A DNA stretch of 64,000 nucleotides from Candidatus Moraniibacteriota bacterium (GTDB lineage Bacteria; Patescibacteriota; Minisyncoccia; Moranbacterales; UBA1568), in assembly GCA_018061645.1 (NCBI GenBank), contig JAGOTT010000003.1:9326-73325 (forward strand). Direction: 5' to 3'. The translations under genes were made by a program, and so were the position numbers. The notes under the pieces were generated by a model. It had not been told where the DNA came from. It made no database searches and saw nothing but the letters and a program-made list of their open reading frames with translations. Below are positions 37,224-45,956 of the stretch, in pieces. Numbering within the stretch: the stretch's first letter is position 1; the number at the start of each line of letters is the position of its first letter.

Positions 37224-37976
37224 ATGGACAGAGGTAACCTTATATTTCTCGATACGGAGACGACGGGGACGGGGTCGGAGGACCGGCTCTGCCAGGTGGC
37301 GTACGCGTTCGACGGACGTGAGTCCGAGTCGCTCTTCAAGCCGCCGGTACCGATCGGCATCGATGCGATGGTCGTGACGAACATCACGAACAGGATGGTC
37401 GCCGGGTGCGCGCCGTTTGCGGGTTCGGAGATGGCCGCGGAGCTCCGGCGGATATTTTCGGCGGGTGCCGTGCTCGTCGCGCACAACGCCCGGTTCGATG
37501 CGGACATGCTTTCGCGCGAGGGGATCGGAGTCGGCGAAATGATCGACACGTTCAAACTTGCTCACCATCTGGACGTGAACGGGGAGATTCCGAGATACAA
37601 CCTGCAGTATCTGCGGTACTATCATGATTTCGACATCGCGGATGCTTCGGCGCACGACGCGCTCGGTGATGTGCGGGTGCTCCGCGCGCTCTTCGATTTC
37701 CATTTCGGGAAGATGCTTTCGATGCATGGTGACGAGGAAGCGGTACTGCGGGAGATGATCGCCGTGTCCGCGCGACCTATCCTCATCCGGAAATTCAATT
37801 TCGGGAAGTACAACGGCGAGGACGTGAAGAAGGTCGCGGCGACGGACAAGGATTATCTCGCCTGGTTGCTCAATCAGAAGATCATGGCGCGGGAACAGAA
37901 AGGAGAGGATGACGAGAACTGGATCTACACGCTGGATTTTTATCTCAATCCGAAGAAGGAGGTACCGCGCTCATGA
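37224..37976 (+). CDS. DEDDh 3'-5' exonuclease (DnaQ/epsilon-like) with an extra C-terminal domain
   Basis: Exo I FLDTETTG, Exo II VAHNARFD, Exo III HDALGD. Confidence 0.8.
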   Translation: MDRGNLIFLDTETTGTGSEDRLCQVAYAFDGRESESLFKPPVPIGIDAMVVTNITNRMVAGCAPFAGSEMAAELRRIFSAGAVLVAHNARFDADMLSREGIGVGEMIDTFKLAHHLDVNGEIPRYNLQYLRYYHDFDIADASAHDALGDVRVLRALFDFHFGKMLSMHGDEEAVLREMIAVSARPILIRKFNFGKYNGEDVKKVAATDKDYLAWLLNQKIMAREQKGEDDENWIYTLDFYLNPKKEVPRS

Positions 37977-38377
37977 CCAAGCTCTATCTCGATATCGACG
38001 GGACGCTGATACGGAGGGGAGTGCCCGCGGAAGGAATCGCGGAGTTTCTTGTGTTCGCGACGGAGCACTTTGATTGCTATTGGCTCTCGACGCACTGTCA
38101 GGGCGACGCGAAGGCGGTCTTCCTCTACCTCGTCGGCAAGCTTCCGGGAGAGGCGATACCGCACCTCAGGAAGATCAAGGCGACCTCGTGGGATACGCTG
38201 AAAACGGAGGCGATAGATTTCTCCGGGCCGTTCTTCTGGCTCGACGACCATCTCTTCGACGCGGAACGGCAGATGCTCGTGGAGTACGGCGCACTCGACC
38301 GCCATATCCTGATCGACCTTGTCGCGGATCCGAGGCGACTCCTCCGTCTCATCGATGAGCTCCGGACGGAGGAATGA
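37973..38377 (+). CDS. Small HAD-like hydrolase-fold protein
   Basis: LYLDIDGTL (DxDGT motif I). Overlaps upstream stop. Confidence 0.5.
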   Translation: MTKLYLDIDGTLIRRGVPAEGIAEFLVFATEHFDCYWLSTHCQGDAKAVFLYLVGKLPGEAIPHLRKIKATSWDTLKTEAIDFSGPFFWLDDHLFDAERQMLVEYGALDRHILIDLVADPRRLLRLIDELRTEE

Positions 38378-38479
38378 ACTATACGACTGGGTACGTATCT
38401 CCTTTCGGAGAACGGAAACTTTGGACGGACGCGTGATTTTTTGGTATCCTTCCAAGACGTAATCCGAAATGTATTTCCT

Positions 38480-39262
38480 ATGGAAAAGAGTGAGTCGTCC
38501 GTGGCGCCGAAAGAAACGAAGGAATCGAAGCCGGTTGAGAAAAGCGATGCGAAGAAGCCGGCGGTCGCTTCGGAACCGGAGCCGGTGGGCGAAAAGACGG
38601 TGAAAAGAAGGAAGAAAAAAATCGATCTGAAAAAATATCGGAAGCCGGCGATGATCGCGGCGGCTCTCCTTGCGGTACTCGGCGCGGCGTATCAATACAA
38701 GGGAGTGTTCATCTCGGCGGTAGTGGACGGGACACCGATCAGCCGCTTGAGCGTCATCCGTGAGCTCGAAAAGCAGGCCGGATCTCAGGCTCTCGATCGG
38801 CTCATCACGAAGAAGCTCGTCGATGCGGAGGTGGCTCGGAAGAAGATCGTCATTTTTCCGGCGGATATGGATGCGGAGGTGAAGAAAATCGAGGATTCGG
38901 TGATAAAACAGGGAGGGACGCTCAAAGAGGCTTTGGATCAGCAGGAGATGACGGAGGAGGATCTCCGGGAGCAGCTGCTGTTGCAGAAGCAGCTGGAGAA
39001 GATCCTCGGGGACAAGATCGATGTGACCGATGAGGACGTGGCACGGTATGTGGAACAGGGCGGAGGCGCCGCTCCTGCCGGGCTGAGCGAAGAGGAGTTC
39101 AACGACCAGATCCGCGAACAGCTCAAGGGTCAGAAATTCAATGTCGAAGTCGGGAAATGGATAACGGCCGCCAAGGCGAAGGCGTCCATCAGCTACTATG
39201 CCGGATATGCCGCCGAGACGGAGACCGTTCTCGTGGAGAGCGAGAATCCGCAGGTGGAGTAG
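38480..39262 (+). CDS. Membrane-anchored SurA-N-terminal-domain-like chaperone-like protein
   Basis: Lys-rich N-terminus, TM, then SurA_N-like helical region (ISRLSVIRELEKQAGSQALDRLITKKLV). Confidence 0.5.
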   Translation: MEKSESSVAPKETKESKPVEKSDAKKPAVASEPEPVGEKTVKRRKKKIDLKKYRKPAMIAAALLAVLGAAYQYKGVFISAVVDGTPISRLSVIRELEKQAGSQALDRLITKKLVDAEVARKKIVIFPADMDAEVKKIEDSVIKQGGTLKEALDQQEMTEEDLREQLLLQKQLEKILGDKIDVTDEDVARYVEQGGGAAPAGLSEEEFNDQIREQLKGQKFNVEVGKWITAAKAKASISYYAGYAAETETVLVESENPQVE

Positions 39263-39309
39263 ATATTTTTCCGGAGCGTCAAAATAATTCCATATTTTTC
39301 CTGAAAAAA

Positions 39310-39537
39310 ATGCCTATGAAACACATGCAACGATCTTTGATCCAGTATTTCGCGAAGAATTTCGGCATCGCCGTGGGATTGGTCGTCATCTGGCGGGGGA
39401 TATGGCATATCCTCGATTGGATCGATGCCAATATGCTTGGCGGGAATATCCTGTGGACCGCGATCGGCGGTATCGTCGTCGGACTCGCGATCCTCTATCT
39501 TCCCGATAAGGACCTGAAGGAACTCGAGAAGCTGTGA
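39310..39537 (+). CDS. Small membrane protein (75 aa)
   Basis: Two TM helices. Overlaps next gene start. Confidence 0.4.
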   Translation: MPMKHMQRSLIQYFAKNFGIAVGLVVIWRGIWHILDWIDANMLGGNILWTAIGGIVVGLAILYLPDKDLKELEKL

Positions 39538-40106
39538 GCATCCGACCGGAAACGAAAGCGGTGTCGAAAAAGGCGATCGTGTTTCTGGTCGTCCTTTTCG
39601 CGGTTTTGTTCGGCGCCGACCGACCGACGCGTGACAAGTTTCTTGAAATCGCGCTCGATCCGGTGCCCGTCGAAGAGGACGTTTCCGGGTATCCGATCGT
39701 GAAGGTGACCGATGGGGACACGATCCGGGTTCTTATGGATGGACAGGGAGAGACGCTCCGGCTTATCGGGATCAACACGCCGGAAACGGTCGACCCGCGC
39801 CGTCCGGTCGAGTGTTTCGGCAGGGAGGCTTCGGAGAGGGCGAAGGAAATCCTTTCCGGTTCGCGCGTCCTGCTCGAGAGCGACCCGACGCAGGGTGATC
39901 GTGACAAGTATGGGCGGCTCCTGCGATATGTCCTGCTTCCGGACGGGACGAATTTCAATCGGAAAATGATCGAGGAGGGGTATGCGTACGAATATACGTA
40001 CGGCGCCCCGTATCGGTACCAGGCGGAGTTCGAGGAAGCGGAACGGAGCGCGCGGGAGGCACGGCGCGGGTTGTGGTCGGAAGAGATATGCGGCGGTCAG
40101 CGGTAG
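39534..40106 (+). CDS. Secreted/membrane-anchored thermonuclease (staphylococcal nuclease, SNase fold)
   Basis: N-terminal TM. TDGDTIRV...RLIGINTPE...YGRLLRYV conserved SNase residues. Confidence 0.8.
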   Translation: MSIRPETKAVSKKAIVFLVVLFAVLFGADRPTRDKFLEIALDPVPVEEDVSGYPIVKVTDGDTIRVLMDGQGETLRLIGINTPETVDPRRPVECFGREASERAKEILSGSRVLLESDPTQGDRDKYGRLLRYVLLPDGTNFNRKMIEEGYAYEYTYGAPYRYQAEFEEAERSAREARRGLWSEEICGGQR

Positions 40107-40140
40107 AAGGTATCGGATGGTAACGCGTATTTTTTCTCAT

Positions 40141-40827
40141 ATGGCGAGTTTCAGAACTCATATTTCTTTCGGTATCGCGGCAGGCATAGTCGGTGCGATC
40201 GTCCTTTCCGCGCTTTCGATCGTCGATGCCCCCGGAACGATCCTGGCTGCGGTTGTCGCACTGGTGCTCGGATCGATACTGCCGGACATGGATAGTGATT
40301 CCGGTATACCGTTTCATGTTGCTTTCGGCTCATTTTCCTTGGTTTCGTGCGCGCTCATTTTCATGTCTTCATACGAAAAAACCCCGTCCGATTGGCAGGG
40401 GAATATCGTCACGGCGCTCGGGGCGTCGATTTTCGTCTGGGTCGTCGTCGGGTATGTTTTCAAGCGGTTTACGAAACATCGCGGTATGGCGCATTCGATT
40501 CCGGCGGCGCTCCTGTCCGGGCTCGTGACGTTTTTCGTCGCGTCACGGTTCTCGTTTTCCGATCCGGAGGCGTTTCTTCTCGGAGTCGCCATGACATCGG
40601 GGTACCTCGTCCACCTCGTACTCGATGAGGTCTGGGCGGCGGTCAATTTCCACGGAATCCCGTTCATCCCGAACAAGGCGCTCGGAAGCGCGCTCAAGGT
40701 GTTCTCTTCCTCGACATTTTCGAACGTGGTCGTATATGGCGCGATATCGTTCCTGCTCCTCGGGAACATGAACCGCCTCTCGCCGCTTTTCGAGACGTTC
40801 TGGTCGCAGGTGTCACGGGTTACGTAA
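40141..40827 (+). CDS. Membrane-bound metal-dependent hydrolase (YdjM/DUF457-like)
   Basis: Multi-TM with conserved His residues (HRGMAHS, HLVLDE). Confidence 0.6.
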   Translation: MASFRTHISFGIAAGIVGAIVLSALSIVDAPGTILAAVVALVLGSILPDMDSDSGIPFHVAFGSFSLVSCALIFMSSYEKTPSDWQGNIVTALGASIFVWVVVGYVFKRFTKHRGMAHSIPAALLSGLVTFFVASRFSFSDPEAFLLGVAMTSGYLVHLVLDEVWAAVNFHGIPFIPNKALGSALKVFSSSTFSNVVVYGAISFLLLGNMNRLSPLFETFWSQVSRVT

Positions 40828-40840
40828 CAGGGTACGTAAC
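40819..40840. promoter_or_regulatory. GTTACGTAAC-agg-GTACGTAAC tandem palindromic dyad motif overlapping the stop codon of the 40141 gene
   Basis: Direct reading. Confidence 0.4.
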
Positions 40841-40853
40841 TCCCCATGGCCGC

Positions 40854-41114
40854 CTATCGGCGGTATGGCTTGGCGAGCTCTTCGATGTCGGCCGCCTTGT
40901 CCAGTTCCCGGATCCGGTCGGTTTCGGCGTCGCGGCCGGCGGCGAGGCCCTGGAGCATCGTTTTCCGGTCGAATGTCCGGATGATCGGATCGATCCCGAT
41001 CGTTTCCTTGTAGAGGGCGGCGAGTTCGTCATCCGGAAGCGTTTCCGGATCCGGTGTTGCGGGCTTCCCTGGCTTTTCCTGTTCCGGCCCGAAGTCGAGA
41101 TTGAACTGTTCCAT
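40854..41114 (-). CDS. Hypothetical 86-aa protein
   Basis: MEQFNLDFGPEQEKPGKP... Only the C-terminal part of the long - strand track ORF (40854-41804), which otherwise overlaps the helicase gene. Confidence 0.4.
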   Translation of the reverse strand: MEQFNLDFGPEQEKPGKPATPDPETLPDDELAALYKETIGIDPIIRTFDRKTMLQGLAAGRDAETDRIRELDKAADIEELAKPYRR

Positions 41115-41159
41115 AATATATTTCCCGTTACGGATACGTTTCCAGTATAGCAGACGGAA

Positions 41160-42782
41160 GTGAATGCCGGGAAGATTCCGTGGTATCATGGAAAGATTCC
41201 TATGACCCAATCCGAAGCGCTCGATATCCTGAAAACCGGCGTGCACGTATTCCTCACCGGAGAGGCCGGATCCGGGAAGACGCACGTCGTGAACGCCTAT
41301 GCCGCGTATCTCCGCGAGCACGAGGTCGGTTTCGCCGTGACCGCGTCGACCGGGATCGCCGCGACGCATATCCGCGGGATGACGATCCACTCCTGGAGCG
41401 GTATCGGCATCCATTCGGAGCTGACCGACGACGAGGTGCGACGCATCGCCGAGAGCCGGTATGTCTCGAAGCGGATCCGGAAGGCGAGCGTGCTCATCAT
41501 CGACGAGATATCCATGCTCGACGGGCGGATCCTCTCGCTCGTCGAGCGGGTCTGCCGGAAGGCAAGGAAATCGGGACTGCCGTGGGGCGGGCTCCAGGTC
41601 GTGCTCGTCGGTGATTTCTTCCAGCTTCCACCGGTATCGGTCGGCGGAGATACGGCGCAGTTCGCGTTCCAGTCGTCCGCGTGGGACGCTCTGGCTCCCA
41701 TGATCTGTTATCTCACCGAACAGCACCGACAGGAGGACGACCTCTTTCTTGATATCCTTTCCGCGATTCGTGGGGGAACTTTTTCCGAGACGCACCGTCT
41801 GCATATCGAATCGCGGCTTTCAACCGCGGAAAGCCTGCCGGAAGAGGATATGACGAGGCTCTTCTCGCACAACGCGAACGTCGATTCGATCAACGGAGCG
41901 GAGCTGCGGAAACTTCCCGGGAAGACGTACTCGTTCGTCATGTCGTCGCGCGGGCCGGACAATCTCGTCGAGACGCTCAAGCGCGGGTGTCTCTCGCCGG
42001 AGCGGCTCGATCTCAAGGAGGGGGCGACCGTCATGTTCACGAAAAACAATCCGGGGGAAGGGTACGTGAACGGGACGCTCGGGACGGTGACGGGATTCGA
42101 GGCGGCCAGGAAATATCCGGTCGTGCGGACGCGCGACGGCGAGCGCGTGACGGTGGAGCCGGCCGAATGGACGATTGACGAGGGGGACGAGGTACTCGCG
42201 AAGATCTCGCAGCTGCCGCTTCGTCTCGCGTGGGCGATGACGATCCATAAGAGCCAGGGCGTGAGTCTCGATTCGGCTGTGATGGATCTCTCGCAGACAT
42301 TCGAATTTGGGCAGGGATATGTCGCGCTCTCCCGCGTGCGGCGGTTGTCGGGGATACATCTTCTCGGGATAAACGAGAAGGCGTTCCTCGTGCACCCGGT
42401 CGTCGCGGAACAGGACCGGTTGTTCCACACGCTGTCGGATGCCGCTTCGGAGGCGTTTTCGAGGATGTCCGCCGAAGAGCGGTCGGAACAACGGGAGAAC
42501 TTTCTCGTCGTGACGGGCGGGAAACGATCCGAGAAAAAGAAAAAATCGGGAACGAAACGAAAAAGAGGTTCCGGTGATGGTAGGGAAAAGGCCGGAGAAA
42601 GCCCGATCGCGAAACTGCGGGAGAAACACCCCAAGGCGTATGCTCCGTGGACGGACGACGACGACCGGATCCTGGCGGCGATGCACGAGGAGGGAGCCAC
42701 GACTAGTGAGCTCTGTGACCGGTTCGGTCGTCAGCCGGGGAGTATCCGATCCCGTCTCCGGAAGCTCGATCTTATCGACTGA
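41160..42782 (+). CDS. Pif1/RecD-family SF1B DNA helicase with a C-terminal HTH-like domain
   Basis: Walker A LTGEAGSGKTH, ASTGIAA, LIIDEISM, QHRQ. Alternative start at 41203 (MTQSE). Confidence 0.8.
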   Translation: MNAGKIPWYHGKIPMTQSEALDILKTGVHVFLTGEAGSGKTHVVNAYAAYLREHEVGFAVTASTGIAATHIRGMTIHSWSGIGIHSELTDDEVRRIAESRYVSKRIRKASVLIIDEISMLDGRILSLVERVCRKARKSGLPWGGLQVVLVGDFFQLPPVSVGGDTAQFAFQSSAWDALAPMICYLTEQHRQEDDLFLDILSAIRGGTFSETHRLHIESRLSTAESLPEEDMTRLFSHNANVDSINGAELRKLPGKTYSFVMSSRGPDNLVETLKRGCLSPERLDLKEGATVMFTKNNPGEGYVNGTLGTVTGFEAARKYPVVRTRDGERVTVEPAEWTIDEGDEVLAKISQLPLRLAWAMTIHKSQGVSLDSAVMDLSQTFEFGQGYVALSRVRRLSGIHLLGINEKAFLVHPVVAEQDRLFHTLSDAASEAFSRMSAEERSEQRENFLVVTGGKRSEKKKKSGTKRKRGSGDGREKAGESPIAKLREKHPKAYAPWTDDDDRILAAMHEEGATTSELCDRFGRQPGSIRSRLRKLDLID

Positions 42783-42815
42783 CGTTTTCACTTTTGGACA
42801 TTCAATGTCCAAAAG

Positions 42816-44321
42816 CTATTTCTTGTGGCGACCCTGTTCCTCTTCGCGGATGGCGCGGCGGATATGGGATTTCGCAGAGGACGTCTTCACGGTGCGGAGC
42901 CAGTCCGTCCCCGGGTGTTTCCGGTCTTTCGACGTGAGGATCTCGATGACCTGTCCGTTCGCTATCGTCGAGTCGAGAGGGACTATTTTCCCGTCCGCCT
43001 TCGCGCCGACGGCATGGTTGCCGATTTCGGAATGGATGGCGTAAGCGAAGTCGATCGGCGTCGATTCTTCCGGGAGCTGGATGATATCGCCTTTCGGGGT
43101 GAAGGCGAAGATATGGTTCTTGAAGAACTCGATCCTGAGCCCCTGCCAGAACTCGTCGTTGTCCTTGCCGATTTCGCTTTGCCACTCCTGAAGCTGCCGA
43201 ACCCAGGCGAGCTCCCTCGGTTTTTCGCCGGTCGCTTTCTTTCCGAAGAGGAGCGAGCGCCATCCGCCGCGTTCCTTCTCGGTGTAGATCCAATGGGCGG
43301 CGATGCCGAACTCCGCCTCGTCGTGCATCTTCTGCGTGCGGATCTGCACCTCGACGATGCGTCCTTCGGGACCGAAGATGGTGGTGTGGAGCGACTGGTA
43401 TCCGTTCGGTTTTGGGAGGGAGATGTAGTCCTTGATGCGACCGACGAGAGGGCGGTACCGCTTGTGGATGGTGCCGAGCGTCTCGTAGCAGTCGACGATC
43501 TCGGGAACGATGATCCGCACGGCGATGAGGTCGTAGATGCGGCCGATTTCCATATCATGTTTCCGGAGTTTCTGGTAGAGGCGATAGAGATGTTTCGTCC
43601 GTCCGGAGACCGCGACGATCTTCACGCCGTCCTGCGCGAGTTCCTTGCGGAGGATCTCGATGACGCGGTCGAGATAGGATTTTCCTTCCCGGACATAGGT
43701 TTCTTCTATCTTCCTCGCTTCCTCGTGATGTTCCGGTTCCAGATGACGGAACGCGAGATCTTCGAGTTCGCCCTTGATTTCGCCGATGCCGAGACGGTTC
43801 GCTATGGGAGCGTAAATCTCCATCGTCTCGCGCGCGATGCGTTCGCGCTTCTCCGGGGGAAGCGCGTCGAGCGTGCGCATGTTGTGGAGCCGATCGGCGA
43901 GCTTGATGATGACGACGCGGATGTCCTCCGCCATAGCGAGGAACATTTTGCGGAGATTTTCGAGGAAATATTCCTCCCGCGACCCGCGGAGCTTGATCTT
44001 GCCGAGTTTCGTGATGCCGTCGACGAGAGAGGAAACGTCCTTGCCGAATTTCTGTTCGACTTCGGCGAGTGTGCGTTCCGTGTCCTCGGGAACGTCGTGG
44101 AGGAGTCCCGCAGCGAGCGTTTCCTTGTCCATGCCGATTTCGGCGAGTATCTTCGTGACGGCAAGCGCATGGGTGATATAGGGCTCGCCGGATTTCCGGA
44201 ACTGGCCCTCATGCGCGGTCGCGGCGAACGCGAGCGCGTCCGCGACGAATTTCCGTTCGTCCGAGGAGAACGGCCGGCGGGAGGCCTTGAAGATGTCGTC
44301 GAGGGTCAACATGCCCGGCAT
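42816..44321 (-). CDS. (p)ppGpp synthetase/hydrolase, RelA/SpoT homolog (short form: HD + synthetase + TGS)
   Basis: HD motif HDVPEDT, synthetase YQSLHTT, RelA-SpoT core. 501 aa. Confidence 0.85.
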   Translation of the reverse strand: MPGMLTLDDIFKASRRPFSSDERKFVADALAFAATAHEGQFRKSGEPYITHALAVTKILAEIGMDKETLAAGLLHDVPEDTERTLAEVEQKFGKDVSSLVDGITKLGKIKLRGSREEYFLENLRKMFLAMAEDIRVVIIKLADRLHNMRTLDALPPEKRERIARETMEIYAPIANRLGIGEIKGELEDLAFRHLEPEHHEEARKIEETYVREGKSYLDRVIEILRKELAQDGVKIVAVSGRTKHLYRLYQKLRKHDMEIGRIYDLIAVRIIVPEIVDCYETLGTIHKRYRPLVGRIKDYISLPKPNGYQSLHTTIFGPEGRIVEVQIRTQKMHDEAEFGIAAHWIYTEKERGGWRSLLFGKKATGEKPRELAWVRQLQEWQSEIGKDNDEFWQGLRIEFFKNHIFAFTPKGDIIQLPEESTPIDFAYAIHSEIGNHAVGAKADGKIVPLDSTIANGQVIEILTSKDRKHPGTDWLRTVKTSSAKSHIRRAIREEEQGRHKK

Positions 44322-44458
44322 AGGAGCCTTATCCGTTTACTCACACTATAGGAGCGTGTGACGAATCCGGCAAGGTGCTCGACGTCACTGCTCTTGATTT
44401 ATTCCCCGTATCGGCGTACCATAGGCGAATGTGCGGATGGATAAATCCCTCGTAAACG

Positions 44459-45883
44459 ATGCGTATGAAAACGATGAAGAAAACGAAGATCGTCGCGACG
44501 ATTGGCCCGGTGTCGAGAAAGGAGCCGGTGTTTCGGAAGATGGTCGAGGCGGGGCTCAACGTCGCGCGGCTCAATTTTTCACACGGCGACCATGAGGAGC
44601 ACCTCGGTTCGCTTTCCGTGATCCGGTCGGTTTCGAAGAAGCTGCGGACTCCGGTCGCGGTGCTGCAGGACCTTTCCGGACCGAAGATCCGTATCGGGGA
44701 TTTCTATCAGGATCGCGTGTCGCTCAAGGCGGGGGACGAGTTCGTACTCACGACGAAGAAGTGTGTCGGGGACGAGCACCGCGTCTTCGTCAACTATCCC
44801 GCACTTCCGAAAGAGATCAAGCCGGGAAAATTCATTCTGCTCGATGATGGTAAGAAGAAGCTCGAGGTGCTCTCGGTGAAAGGCGATGATATCCGCTGCC
44901 GCATCGTCGTGGGCGGGGAGACCAAGGGACGCCGCGGCGTGAATCTTCCGGGAACGGAACTCAAGATAAGCTCGCTCACCGCCAAGGATCGGAAAGATCT
45001 CGAATTCGGTGTGAAGGAGGGTGTCGATTTTTTCGCGCTCTCGTTCGTCCGACGGGCGGAGGATGTGCATGAACTCCGTGCTATCCTGGACAGGAAGAAA
45101 TGCAGGGCGCAGATCATCGCGAAGATCGAGACCGAACAGGCCATCGAGAATCTCGACGAGATCCTGAAGGCGGCGGACGGCGTCATGGTCGCGCGCGGGG
45201 ATCTCGCGGTCGAGGTGCCGATGGAGCGTGTCCCGCTCCTTCAGAAGCGGATCGTTCATATGGCCCGCGAACTCGGAAAGCCGGCAATCGTCGCGACCCA
45301 GATGCTCGAATCCATGATCCACGCCCCGGTGCCGACACGCGCGGAAGTGAACGACATCGCGAACGCCATCCTCGACGGGGCGGACGCAGTGATGCTCTCC
45401 GAAGAGACCACTCTCGGCGAATTCCCGGTTGAGGCGGTCGCGACGATGACGCGGGTGGCGATGTCGGTCGAGACGGAGCCGTATCGGAGGCCGCTCGTCG
45501 ACGGGGACGAACTCGGACTCGACTGCGTGGCGGAATCGGTAAGCGAAGCCGCCGTGACGGTCGCGCGTGAAGTCGGCGCGGTCGTGATCGCGGCGCTGAC
45601 GGAGTCCGGCTTCACCGCCCGCGCGGTCGCGCGGTATCGCCCGATGCAGCCGGTAGCGGTCTTCACGCCGTGGGAACACGTCGTGCGCCGCATGTGTCTC
45701 TCATACGGTTGTTATGGGTTCCAGGTGGATCCGTTCAAACATACGAGCGAGGTGATGGAGCGGACCAAGGCGCTGCTCGTCAGGGAGAAACTCGCGAAAA
45801 AAGGGGATCGGTTCGTCGTTTCCGCCGGTGTGCCGTTCGGCAAGCGCGGTGGCACGAATCTCGTCATGGTCCGGATGGCGTAG
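44459..45883 (+). CDS. pyk: Pyruvate kinase
   Basis: TKIVATIGP, NFSHG, MVARGDLAVE. Full barrel plus C-terminal domain. Confidence 0.9.
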   Translation: MRMKTMKKTKIVATIGPVSRKEPVFRKMVEAGLNVARLNFSHGDHEEHLGSLSVIRSVSKKLRTPVAVLQDLSGPKIRIGDFYQDRVSLKAGDEFVLTTKKCVGDEHRVFVNYPALPKEIKPGKFILLDDGKKKLEVLSVKGDDIRCRIVVGGETKGRRGVNLPGTELKISSLTAKDRKDLEFGVKEGVDFFALSFVRRAEDVHELRAILDRKKCRAQIIAKIETEQAIENLDEILKAADGVMVARGDLAVEVPMERVPLLQKRIVHMARELGKPAIVATQMLESMIHAPVPTRAEVNDIANAILDGADAVMLSEETTLGEFPVEAVATMTRVAMSVETEPYRRPLVDGDELGLDCVAESVSEAAVTVAREVGAVVIAALTESGFTARAVARYRPMQPVAVFTPWEHVVRRMCLSYGCYGFQVDPFKHTSEVMERTKALLVREKLAKKGDRFVVSAGVPFGKRGGTNLVMVRMA

Positions 45884-45912
45884 GAGGAATTCAGATTGCA
45901 GATTGCAGATTG

Positions 45913-45940
45913 AAAAACCGCCGAAAGGCGGTTTTTTGAT
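45913..45940. terminator. Bidirectional terminator between pyk and topA, preceded by 3x CAGATTG
   Basis: AAAACCGCC-gaaa-GGCGGTTTT followed by TTG. Confidence 0.6.
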
Positions 45941-45956
45941 TCGTCATTCGGGATTC

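Noticed and set aside
40854-41804. 316-aa - strand ORF
   Set aside because: The upstream two-thirds overlaps the Pif1 helicase gene and is Arg/Asp-rich. Only the last 86 codons (from MEQFNL) were kept as a low-confidence small gene.
42825-44351. 508-aa + strand ORF opposite relA/spoT
   Set aside because: Antisense artefact. The - strand has HD and synthetase motifs.
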